Shown: in pieces, positions 19,733-28,133 of the stretch
Numbering within the stretch: position 1 is the first letter of the stretch
Layout: the number at the start of each line of letters is the position of its first letter
Assembly: GCA_963662285.2 (NCBI GenBank)
Contig: CAXXMV010000001.1
Coordinates: forward strand, 160,001-224,000
Reading direction: 5' to 3'
Length of the DNA stretch: 64,000 nucleotides
Source of the DNA: a bacterium
GTDB lineage: Bacteria; Hinthialibacterota; Hinthialibacteria; Hinthialibacterales; Hinthialibacteraceae
Program-made: the position numbers and the translations under genes
Notes under the pieces: generated by a model
What the model saw: only the letters and a program-made list of their open reading frames with translations
Databases searched by the model: none
Told to the model about the DNA's origin: nothing

Positions 19733-20746
19733 ATGATGCCACAAGAATATTCAGAAGATTTTGAGACTAAAAATGCAAACTTTGACCGACCCCATATAAT
19801 TTTGCTGGGCGCTGGTGCAAGTTATGCGGCATTTCCTAATGGGGATCGTAATGGTAATAAGTTACCTTTACTTAGAGATTTTGTGAATGTAATTGGCTTA
19901 GAAAAAGAAATGAAGGAAGCAAAAGTTTCTCCACCATATAAGGATTTTGAAAGCATCTATTCAGCAATACATTCTAATCCAGACTTAATACGAGTCAAAG
20001 AATCTATTGATAAGAAAGTTACCGACTACTTTTCAAACTTAGAATTACCCGATGAACCAACCCTGTATGATCACTTGGTTCTTTCTTTAAGGCCAAAAGA
20101 TGTAATCGCTACTTTTAACTGGGATCCTTTTCTATGGGATGCCCTTCATCGTAATCATAAATTTACAGAGGGCCCCTGTGCTCTTTTTTTACATGGTTCG
20201 GTAGCAATATCCAGGTGCCCTGCTTGTGAAATAGTGGTTTCTCGTAGCGCTATAAGATGCCATAAATGTGCTGTCGATCTTGAAAATATTCCCATTCTTT
20301 TCCCTGTAGACAAAAAAGAATATATAACAGATCCTGTTATTGCTGGTTACTGGCGTACTTTAAAAAGAGCCATGAAGATTGCTTGGGTATTTACCGTATT
20401 CGGTTATAGCGCACCAAAGACTGACGTGGAAGCTATAGCACTTCTAAAAGAAGGATGGGGTAGTGCTAATAATCGAGAGTTAGAACAGATAGAAATTATT
20501 GATATCGTAGATGAAGATGCTCTAATAAAATCATGGGAAGAGTTTATACATACTCATCATTATTCTGTTTTAGATGATTTTTATAAATCTTTTGTTGGTG
20601 AGCATCCTCGAAGGAGTTGCGAGGCGTATTGGAATCAAAATATGGAATGCATGTTTATAGAGCCTTACCCAATGCCTCATAATGTACAATTCAATGAACT
20701 TTATGATTGGTTACGACCTCGAATAAATGCTGAGAAAAAGAGATAA
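19733..20746 (+). CDS. SIR2-like NADase-family protein with zinc-ribbon insert
   Basis: ILLGAGAS, ATFNWD, FLHGS, CPAC...CHKC, VFGYS; start moved to ATG 19733 because the longer ORF start lies within the attC. Confidence 0.85.
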   Translation: MMPQEYSEDFETKNANFDRPHIILLGAGASYAAFPNGDRNGNKLPLLRDFVNVIGLEKEMKEAKVSPPYKDFESIYSAIHSNPDLIRVKESIDKKVTDYFSNLELPDEPTLYDHLVLSLRPKDVIATFNWDPFLWDALHRNHKFTEGPCALFLHGSVAISRCPACEIVVSRSAIRCHKCAVDLENIPILFPVDKKEYITDPVIAGYWRTLKRAMKIAWVFTVFGYSAPKTDVEAIALLKEGWGSANNRELEQIEIIDIVDEDALIKSWEEFIHTHHYSVLDDFYKSFVGEHPRRSCEAYWNQNMECMFIEPYPMPHNVQFNELYDWLRPRINAEKKR

Positions 20747-20807
20747 CAAAGCGCTCGTTCGGACGCAAACTACTCTTCGCTTGCGCCGCACATCTTAAAC
20801 GTTAAGG
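20741..20807 (+). repeat. attC site
   Basis: AGATAAC-AAAGCGCTCGTTCGGACGCAA...TTGCGCCGCACATCTTAAAC-GTTAAGG; overlaps the SIR2 stop codon as is typical of cassettes. Confidence 0.8.
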
Positions 20808-20820
20808 AGGAATCACAGCC

Positions 20821-21861
20821 ATGAGCAGGCCGATCTTCATAAGTCATACCGTAGCGAACAAAGAGTTGGCCGATAAGTTTGTGGATCTCCTTGAGACCGG
20901 CGTCGGAATTCCCGACCGTGATATCTTCTGTTCGTCGTTGGAAGGCATGGGAATCCCAAGTGGCCGAAACTTCGTGGATTTCATTCGCGCCCAAATCAAA
21001 GAGCCACGTGTTGTGATACTCCTGCTGTCGCCACAGTATTTTGATAGCCAATTTTGCCTCTGTGAGCTGGGAGCTGCTTGGGTTCTTACCCACCAGCTCA
21101 TCCCACTGCTTGTCCCGCCTCTGGAGTTCAGTGACGTGAAAGCTGTTCTTACAGGAGTCCAAGTCCTCAAGATCAATGACGGTGCCGCGCTCAACCAAAT
21201 GCAGCAGGACTTGATTGATGGCTTGAGTATCAAGGGCAAAGCATTTGCCCGATGGGAGGCCAAGAGGAACAAGTTTTTGGAGTCTATTGAGGGAATCGAG
21301 AAGAGTAGCCCGGTTGCTTCTACAGTCAGCCGAAAAGAATATGACGAACTGAAGCAAAAGTATGATGGCGCTGTGTCCGAAATCGAGTATATGGGTGAAG
21401 AGATTGAGGAGAAAGACGGACTGATAGAGAAACTAAAATCTGCGAAAGACTCAGAGGATGTGAAGGCCATTGTCGCAGAATCTCTCAGCGAAAGAGAGCA
21501 ATTTGATGAGATTGTCTATCGGGCGAAGAACGCTCTGAAACCGTTGCCCTCAATTGTGGAAGAAGCACTGTATTACCATTTCCGAGATGAGTATCTCCCT
21601 TGGCCAAACCCGTTAGATAACGACCGAAAAGACGAAGTCAATCAGGCTATCGAGGAGGACTATTTGGAGGGCCGTGATGAAGGTGTCGAAGTGGTTGAGG
21701 AGGATCCTCGGATTGCCGGGGCCCGCTCGGAACTCTGGGAACTCCGGTCATTTGTGAGCAGTATTGACGAGGAATCAGAATTCAACGACTACTATTCAGA
21801 AACGTATAGTCACCGACTCAATTTCGAGTCGAGACGCTTTTGGGATACACATCTATTTTGA
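20821..21861 (+). CDS. TIR-domain protein with coiled coil and acidic C-terminal domain
   Basis: IFISH, IFCSS, LLSPQYFDSQFCLCELGAAW (catalytic Glu retained); AGGAGG RBS. Confidence 0.9.
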   Translation: MSRPIFISHTVANKELADKFVDLLETGVGIPDRDIFCSSLEGMGIPSGRNFVDFIRAQIKEPRVVILLLSPQYFDSQFCLCELGAAWVLTHQLIPLLVPPLEFSDVKAVLTGVQVLKINDGAALNQMQQDLIDGLSIKGKAFARWEAKRNKFLESIEGIEKSSPVASTVSRKEYDELKQKYDGAVSEIEYMGEEIEEKDGLIEKLKSAKDSEDVKAIVAESLSEREQFDEIVYRAKNALKPLPSIVEEALYYHFRDEYLPWPNPLDNDRKDEVNQAIEEDYLEGRDEGVEVVEEDPRIAGARSELWELRSFVSSIDEESEFNDYYSETYSHRLNFESRRFWDTHLF

Positions 21862-22040
21862 CCTTAACAATGCCTTACACCCGGACGGTGAAGGCCGCGT
21901 TCAGTAAAAGAAGATGTAAAAGAAGAAGATGATGTTGATCTTGAAAAGGAAAAGAAAGAAGCAGAAAAAACAATTATCAAATACTGGAATGAAACAAAAT
22001 AAAATGGCCTAATCCGCGGTTCCACCTGCCCGCTTCAACA
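21862..22040 (+). repeat. Truncated attC, 3' remnant of a further cassette gene and a second partial attC
   Basis: CCTTAACAATGCCTTACACCCGGACGG directly after the TIR stop; then ...KEDVKEEDDVDLEKEKKEAEKTIIKYWNETK* followed by GCCTAATCCGCGGTTCCACCTG. Confidence 0.5.
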
Positions 22041-22198
22041 TCTTTTTAACCAATCAATAATTAGAAAATCGTTACTTTTATATAGTAGTGACAATTCTCC
22101 TTTTCTCATGGAAAAGGAAACCACTAAACAACGATATTATCATATCTCGGACTTCTTGGAGCAGCAGCTGAGAGAGATCAACCTGAAAGTCGAACATC

Positions 22199-22807
22199 TC
22201 ATTTTCCGGTTGCGGTATGAAGATCCACCAATCTGGATGAAACGCGATGAGAACAGAGAAAGCGATCAAGGTTGACGGTTTCCCCTTGCAGAACGGAAAC
22301 AACTGCGTCTTCTAATTCATTCTTCCAAGTTTCGATCCCCGATTCATTTATCTGAAAGACGCCGCCGTGATATTGAATGACTCCCTCTGAATCGAGTACA
22401 AAAACCTCCGGCGTAATTGTGGCTCCAAAATATTTCGCCGTTCCCCCCGAAGGATCTCGGTATATAGGGAAAATGATGCCGTTGTTTTGAGCGTACTCTC
22501 TGAGTTCATCACCGGTCTCTTCTTCATTGAAACAGAGGCCGACAAACAAGAATTCTTGTAAACGGTATTCGTTGTGTATGGTGATGACGGCGTCCAAAAC
22601 ATGATCGGTATACTCACAACGACTCGACAGGAAGACAATCGCTATCCCTTTTCGCTCGTTAAAATTATCAAGGGAAATGCTGGCACCGTTGATCGTTAAA
22701 ACATCGAAGGATTCAATGCGTCTTTCTTCAGCAGTAAAAGCATTGGGTATTGAAATAAAAAAGATAGCAATTGCGACCATGAGTGTCTGAAACATAGCAT
22801 CTCCCAA
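22199..22807 (-). CDS. Redoxin (AhpC/TSA, thioredoxin-fold) protein, probably 3'-truncated
   Basis: Signal peptide, IVFLSSRCEY, FPIYRDP, FGATITPEVFVLD..G.IQYHG; the tail looks chimeric. Confidence 0.7.
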   Translation of the reverse strand: MGDAMFQTLMVAIAIFFISIPNAFTAEERRIESFDVLTINGASISLDNFNERKGIAIVFLSSRCEYTDHVLDAVITIHNEYRLQEFLFVGLCFNEEETGDELREYAQNNGIIFPIYRDPSGGTAKYFGATITPEVFVLDSEGVIQYHGGVFQINESGIETWKNELEDAVVSVLQGETVNLDRFLCSHRVSSRLVDLHTATGK

Positions 22808-22892
22808 TTTGTCTTTTTCACATTTTCAATACATAATAGTATATTCAGACAACTTACTCAATTTTATATTCTTAGGTTATTACAGAAACATC

Positions 22893-22914
22893 CAGCTAAT
22901 CGAGCTGAAGCTCT
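22893..22914. repeat. tRNA-anticodon-stem mimic palindrome 1
   Basis: CAGC-TAATCGA-GCTGAAGCTCT, starting 198 bp before the att fragment at 23091. Confidence 0.6.
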
Positions 22915-23090
22915 ATTCGGCCAGAAATTATTGAATTAGATAACATGCTGATTTGTATACAATTAAAGAAAATCCAAAAGCAGAGGATTAATGATTTTAG
23001 ATTCAATATTTTAAAAAAGAGTGGTCAGAAGGGTGGATAGCGATAAATAATAAATTTTAAAACAACACCATAAGTTCAATAAAATCTAAT

Positions 23091-23133
23091 AGCGGGAGAC
23101 GGGGTTCGAACCCGCGACCCTCAGCTTGGGAAT
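23091..23133 (-). repeat. att site: 3' half of tRNA-Gly(CCC), not a functional tRNA
   Basis: Minus strand TTCCCAAGCTGAGGGTCGCGGGTTCGAACCCCGTCTCCCGCT runs from anticodon loop through T-arm to acceptor; 5' half absent; identical copy at 45569-45611. Confidence 0.92.
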
Positions 23134-23249
23134 AAGGTCTCCCGGTGGTGGAATATGGAGGAATATCGTGCTAAATGACGTACTTTCAGACTCTTCTGAA
23201 GAGCACGAATCCGAAACATAGTTGACTTTGGAGCCCTTAGAGGGAACCG

Positions 23250-23270
23250 AAGGGTTCCCAAAAGGGTTCC
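23250..23270. repeat. Putative integrase arm-type direct repeats
   Basis: AAGGGTTCC at 23250 and 23262; same pair and spacing at 45496 and 45508. Confidence 0.6.
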
Positions 23271-23340
23271 TGGCAGAATCACTCAACATACTCGAAATAG
23301 AATTGTTATTTCGGGGTAGATTGATAAGAAATGTATATGG

Positions 23341-23362
23341 CCCTCAGCCTAACTAGCTGATG
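23341..23362. repeat. tRNA-anticodon-stem mimic palindrome 2
   Basis: CCCTCAGC-CTAACTA-GCTGATG. Confidence 0.6.
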
Positions 23363-23463
23363 TCCTCTTTGATATGATCACTCTGGTCGTGTATCTTTTT
23401 AATATGAAGAAATTCCATTTTATATGCTGAAATTCTTTTCAAATCTATAACATTCTGAGATTA

Positions 23464-23495
23464 AAAAAGCCCTTCCAACAATTGATAGGGCTTTT
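23464..23495. terminator. Possible bidirectional intrinsic terminator
   Basis: AAAAGCCCT...AGGGCTTTT stem flanked by A and T runs. Confidence 0.45.
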
Positions 23496-23515
23496 CTATT
23501 TAACATTTAAATATC

Positions 23516-25047
23516 GTAACGATTTAGTCTTCTGAAAAAATAAATTACACCGAGCGTTACTTCAGGGGCGGTTTCGAAGTTTTATGTAGTATGAACCGAA
23601 ACAAGGAAACCGCGCAGAGAATTCTCCAGGAAATCCTGAAAGGCGTACGGGAACTGACCGAAGAGTCGATTCGCGATCTCATTCAGGAAGACCCGGAAGC
23701 AGCAGTTTTTCTCATTCTCGAACAGGCCCTCCGACTCAAGAAGGCTCTGGCGGCGCAACAAACCAAGAAAATCAGTACGCCATCCGGGATGGTTCCTCCA
23801 TACGAGAAAACCGCCAAAGAAAAAAAGGATAAAAAACGCGGGCGAAAACGGGGACATCCTGGAAGCGGGCGCAAGAAAAACACGAAAATCACGAATCGAG
23901 TACAGCATCCTCCACTGGAGCGATGCCCGGATTGCGGAGGACCCGTCACTCCTTGCCAGGGCGAAACCGCCAAACGAACCCGCGTGATCGAAGACATCCC
24001 GGCGAATATCGAACCGGAGGTCACCGAACACGAAATTCCCCGCTGTTATTGCCCGCACTGCAAAAAACTGGTGGAGCCCAAAGTCGAAGACGCGCTGCCC
24101 AACGCGCGATTGGGAAATCGGGCGCTGGCTCTGTCCGCCCATTGGCACTATGGACTGGGAATGCCCTCCCGGCAGATTGTCGACCTCCTGAGCGGACACC
24201 TAAACACCGTCGTCTCTCCGGGAGGATTGTTCGGTATGTGGAAACGCCTAGCCGATTGGCTGCAACCGTGGTGCGAGCAGTTGATTGATGAAATGCTGGA
24301 AAGCACGGTCCTGCATGCGGATGAGACAGGCTGGCGCGTCAACGGGAAAACGCACTGGCTCTGGTGTTTCACCAACCCGGATGCCACGTTTTACATGATT
24401 CATCCCAGCCGGGGCGATCCAGCGCTGTTCGAATTTTTTCGGGAGACCTTCGAGGGCGTTCTGGTAAGCGATTTCTGGGCGTGTTACGCGCACGTCGACT
24501 CGACGCATCAGTATTGCCTGGCGCATTTGTTGCGCGAATTCAAAAAGGTGGATGGAACCAACGCATCGGCGGTTTGGAAAGAGTTTTCCAAGAAAGCGAA
24601 GCGGCTGTTTGGCGATGCGCTTCGATTGTACCATCGGGAGGGATACGATCCCCAACGGTTTCAATCGCGCATCGACCGGCTCCACGAACGCTTGATTGAT
24701 TTGATGCTGATTCAATCTACAGACAAGGATGTCAAGCGGATCGCCAAACGCCTGGAAAAATACTGGGACGAACTGTTGGTCTTTTTGACTCACCCGGAAG
24801 TTCCTCCCACCAACAATCACGGCGAACGGGAAATTCGCCCGGCGGTGATTATGCGCAAGATGATTCAAGGAAACCAAAGCGAAGCGGGAGCGAAAACGCA
24901 GTCGATTCTGATGACGGTTTTTCGCACTCTCAAACGCCGCGGCTACAATCCGGTGGACGCGGTGGTGGATTCGCTGAAAACCGCCATCCGCACCGGTCAA
25001 TTGCCCCCTTTACCATTTCCACTGCCTTCAAACAACTAAATCGTTAC
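23516..25047 (+). mobile_element. IS66-family element (single-ORF, ISBst12-like)
   Basis: TIRs GTAACGATTTAGT...; 8-bp TSD TAAATATC at 23508-23515 and 25048-25055. Confidence 0.93.
23591..25039 (+). CDS. IS66-family transposase
   Basis: CPDCG/CPHC zinc finger, LHADETGW, LVSDFW, QYCLAHLLR, PTNNHGEREIR. Confidence 0.95.
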   Translation: MNRNKETAQRILQEILKGVRELTEESIRDLIQEDPEAAVFLILEQALRLKKALAAQQTKKISTPSGMVPPYEKTAKEKKDKKRGRKRGHPGSGRKKNTKITNRVQHPPLERCPDCGGPVTPCQGETAKRTRVIEDIPANIEPEVTEHEIPRCYCPHCKKLVEPKVEDALPNARLGNRALALSAHWHYGLGMPSRQIVDLLSGHLNTVVSPGGLFGMWKRLADWLQPWCEQLIDEMLESTVLHADETGWRVNGKTHWLWCFTNPDATFYMIHPSRGDPALFEFFRETFEGVLVSDFWACYAHVDSTHQYCLAHLLREFKKVDGTNASAVWKEFSKKAKRLFGDALRLYHREGYDPQRFQSRIDRLHERLIDLMLIQSTDKDVKRIAKRLEKYWDELLVFLTHPEVPPTNNHGEREIRPAVIMRKMIQGNQSEAGAKTQSILMTVFRTLKRRGYNPVDAVVDSLKTAIRTGQLPPLPFPLPSNN

Positions 25048-25060
25048 TAAATATCAAGGT

Positions 25061-26476
25061 TTAGATTGTATAACCATTAAAATATTCGGGTTTGAGAAAC
25101 GGTTCTGCTCTATCGGTATTGGTTGCTTTCATGTTTTCACTATCCCAATAAAGTATCTCGCGTGTTCCAATTGCCGCGTTGCCAAGCATCGCCATTTCTG
25201 TTAAATACGCGCCATACTCAAAATTAGCGCTTGCCGGTTCGCCGCCTTTGCACGCATTAATCCAATCGCGCATATGGCCCTTCGAGCGCTTAATGGTCTT
25301 TGGTGGACGTTTATAATTTTCATTCAATGAATGAGGCAATAGAACTGGATCTCCCGCCCAACCAGGACACATTATCTTACCCTTGCTCCCACAAAACAGA
25401 ATCCCATTTCCACGGCCAACAAGTCTTTCTCTCGGACCGAGTTCTTCCGGTTTTGGCGGGTCCATTTCGGTGTACCAAGTCAATTTGACAGGAGGCTTAT
25501 TGGCTCGTGCCGGGAACTGATAATAGATGATATATGCCAGCGGGAAAGTGTATTTAGTAACACCATATTGCGTTGCCTGGACAGTGGTTGGTTGTCCCAG
25601 GTCAAGCGAATAAAATGCGGGATCGGCATTATGGCAGAAGAAATCGCCCATTGAGCCGGTGCCGAAATCCCACCAGCCGCGCCATGTATATGGCGTATAG
25701 TCGCTATGATAGGGACGTTTCTTTGCAGGACCAAGCCAGAGGTCCCAATCCATGCCTTCAGGAACAGTCATTTCTTCTGCTGGAAAACTATCACGACGAC
25801 CGACGCGAGCACGGCTATTTGTCCAGGCATGCACTTCCGTTACTTCTCCAATCACTCCATCGTCAATCCATTCTTTCGTAGCGCGAATCCCCTCACCGCT
25901 GTGGCCTTGGTTACCCAACTGGGTGGCGACACCATTTTTCTTTGCGCATTCAGCGATTTTACGGCATTCATAGACTGTGCGTGCAAGAGGTTTTTCGCAA
26001 TAAATGTGTTTACCAAGATTCATTGAATCGATCGCAATAACCGCGTGAGTGTGATCCGGTGTTGCAATGACGCAAGCATCAATCTCTTTCTCTTGTTCGA
26101 GCATCTTACGATAATCAAGATACTCCTTACATTTTGGATAATCCGTCGATTCGTAACGAGTGTTAACCATTTCCAATGCGGGGATACGGCCTGCTTTCCC
26201 TCGGTAGTAAAAGCGGCTGTAGTCATTGGTTGCAGAAACATCACATATCGCAACGATTCGGCAATCGTCTTCCCGAGTAATTGATCTCGTATGCTGTAAA
26301 CCGCGACCACCAGTTCCGATCATGGCAATGTTTAATAAGTCGCTTGGAGGAGTATTTCCTTCTCCACCAAGCACGTGCCGTGGCATAAACGCTATCGAAG
26401 AAAGCGCCACTCCACTGATTAATGCTTCTCGACGAGATATTTTATTGCTCGGTTCTTTGTTTTTATTCGATTTCAT
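25061..26476 (-). CDS. Gfo/Idh/MocA oxidoreductase with Tat-like signal
   Basis: SRREAL, IGTGGRG, ATPDHTH, HIYCEKP, WDLWLGPA. Confidence 0.92.
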   Translation of the reverse strand: MKSNKNKEPSNKISRREALISGVALSSIAFMPRHVLGGEGNTPPSDLLNIAMIGTGGRGLQHTRSITREDDCRIVAICDVSATNDYSRFYYRGKAGRIPALEMVNTRYESTDYPKCKEYLDYRKMLEQEKEIDACVIATPDHTHAVIAIDSMNLGKHIYCEKPLARTVYECRKIAECAKKNGVATQLGNQGHSGEGIRATKEWIDDGVIGEVTEVHAWTNSRARVGRRDSFPAEEMTVPEGMDWDLWLGPAKKRPYHSDYTPYTWRGWWDFGTGSMGDFFCHNADPAFYSLDLGQPTTVQATQYGVTKYTFPLAYIIYYQFPARANKPPVKLTWYTEMDPPKPEELGPRERLVGRGNGILFCGSKGKIMCPGWAGDPVLLPHSLNENYKRPPKTIKRSKGHMRDWINACKGGEPASANFEYGAYLTEMAMLGNAAIGTREILYWDSENMKATNTDRAEPFLKPEYFNGYTI

Positions 26477-26483
26477 AGTGGCC

Positions 26484-27995
26484 CACTACTGTCCCAACAT
26501 TTGAAACAAAAAATGCTGTAAGTATCTTAAATGCATGAGAATAGGTGCTCTCGTGAGCGTAATCGATTTGAAAACCATTTGGTCCGTGCCCCATAATTCC
26601 ACAAACGAGTGGAAGGAGAATGGGGTTGAATTCAGGCCAAACCGTCTTTTCTCAAATCATGGATTTCCTCCCGAAGCACGAATTTCGGCGATTCGTCAAA
26701 CGCTATCGGGGGCATTACAAAGTCAAATCGTTTTCCTGCATGGATCAGTACCTTTGTATGGCGTTCGCCCAACTCACGTATCGAGAAAGTTTGCGAGATA
26801 TAGAAGCGTGTCTTCGATCCGTGCCAAGCAAACTGTACCACATGGGCTTCCGAAGCATCGTTTCACGCAATACATTGGCCAATGCCAACGAACAACGCGA
26901 TTGGCGCATCTACGCCGACCTGGCTCAGGTTCTGATTCGACAGGCGCGCGAGTTATACGCGGGCGAGCCGACCTTCTCAGATCTCGACCAAACCGTTTAC
27001 GCGTTCGATGCCTCTACCATCGACCTTTGCTTATCTCTTTTTCCTTGGGCTCGATTTCGAAAGCGCAAAGCCGCCGTCAAACTCCACACGCTGATCGATC
27101 TGCGTGGCAACATTCCCGTGTTTATTCGGATAACCGATGGAAAAGTTCACGACGTCAATGCGCTGGACAACCTGGTTTTCGAACCCGGTTCGATTTATGT
27201 AATGGACCGGGGATATCTCGATTTCGCACGTCTATACCGCATCCATCAGCATCAAGCGGTTTTTGTCATCCGGGCCAAATCCAACATGCAATACCGCCGT
27301 TTGTATTCCCATCCCGTCGACAAGGCGACCGGATTGCGAAGCGATCAAACCATCAAACTCAAGGGATACTATCCCTCACAAGACTATCCCGACACGCTTC
27401 GCCGGATTCGGTATTTCGACGCCGTAAAAGAGAAGCATCTCACCTTTCTCACAAATCAGTTGACCTATCCCGCCCTCACGATAGCCGACTTGTACCGGAG
27501 TCGCTGGCAGGTGGAACTCTTTTTCAAATGGATCAAACAACACCTTCGCATCAAAGCCTTTTTCGGGACGTCCGAGAATGCCGTCAAGACGCAAATTTGG
27601 ATCGCCGTATCGGTTTACGTTCTCGTCGCGATTCTCAAGAAGCGGTTGAATTTGGAGACCAGCCTTTACTCCATCCTTCAAATCTTGAGCGTGACGCTGT
27701 TCGAAAAAAACTCTCTTCTCCAGTTATTTACCGAACCGGAAACGAAAATTCCCGGTCTCGACGATTTAGATCGCTTTCCTTTATTCGAAGATCTTTGAGC
27801 CATGTCCAAGAAGATTATTTTTTTCTCAGACGCAAATTGAATCCGTTTAATTTCTACACTTTTTGGCAACGTCGAAACGATGTAGAAACGCGAAAAAGGC
27901 CTATTTTCGGGCTTTTCGAAATGCAGTTTACACTTTTTCAGATACTGCATTTTGTAAATCCTTTAAAATCAATCACTAATACTGGGACACTAGTG
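26484..27995 (+). mobile_element. IS4-family insertion sequence
   Basis: 18-bp TIRs CACTACTGTCCCAACATT / CACTAGTGCCC-type CACTAGTGTCCCAGTATT; 9-bp TSD ATAGTGGCC at 26475-26483 and 27996-28004. Confidence 0.92.
26620..27798 (+). CDS. IS4-family transposase (DUF4372 plus DDE_Tnp_1)
   Basis: FDASTIDL, VMDRGY and LYRSRWQVELFFKWIKQ (YREK motif). Confidence 0.95.
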   Translation: MGLNSGQTVFSQIMDFLPKHEFRRFVKRYRGHYKVKSFSCMDQYLCMAFAQLTYRESLRDIEACLRSVPSKLYHMGFRSIVSRNTLANANEQRDWRIYADLAQVLIRQARELYAGEPTFSDLDQTVYAFDASTIDLCLSLFPWARFRKRKAAVKLHTLIDLRGNIPVFIRITDGKVHDVNALDNLVFEPGSIYVMDRGYLDFARLYRIHQHQAVFVIRAKSNMQYRRLYSHPVDKATGLRSDQTIKLKGYYPSQDYPDTLRRIRYFDAVKEKHLTFLTNQLTYPALTIADLYRSRWQVELFFKWIKQHLRIKAFFGTSENAVKTQIWIAVSVYVLVAILKKRLNLETSLYSILQILSVTLFEKNSLLQLFTEPETKIPGLDDLDRFPLFEDL

Positions 27996-28133
27996 ATAGT
28001 GGCCATCTCCTAATATAGTTTAAGATTGCCTATGATGGTGATTAAACGACTGCCAGGATAAGCATCTTATTTATTTTCACAGAATTTCCTTATTGCTTAC
28101 TGAAGCCTTAATACATGGCAACTATACGAAAAA

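Larger units (their letters stand above)
17490..22040 (+). mobile_element. Array of integron-type gene cassettes without an integron integrase in the window (CALIN-like)
   Basis: attC-like palindromes at 19620-19726 and 20741-20807, partial ones at 21862 and about 22005; complementary core/inverse-core pairs per cassette. Confidence 0.7.

Noticed and set aside
20770-21470. Antisense ORFs of 195 and 208 aa over the TIR gene, and similar shadows over IS66 and GH genes
   Set aside because: No recognisable motifs or RBS; explained by codon bias of the real genes
19733-21861. Canonical Thoeris (ThsA/ThsB)
   Set aside because: No SLOG or macro domain is evident, and the genes are separated by an attC site
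23091-23133. Functional tRNA genes at 23.1 kb and 45.6 kb
   Set aside because: Only the anticodon loop to acceptor 3' half is present; there is no D-arm or 5' acceptor strand, so these are att remnants
26535-28013. 492-aa ORF overlapping the IS4 transposase
   Set aside because: Alternative-frame shadow with no motifs; the 392-aa frame carries the DDE/YREK motifs
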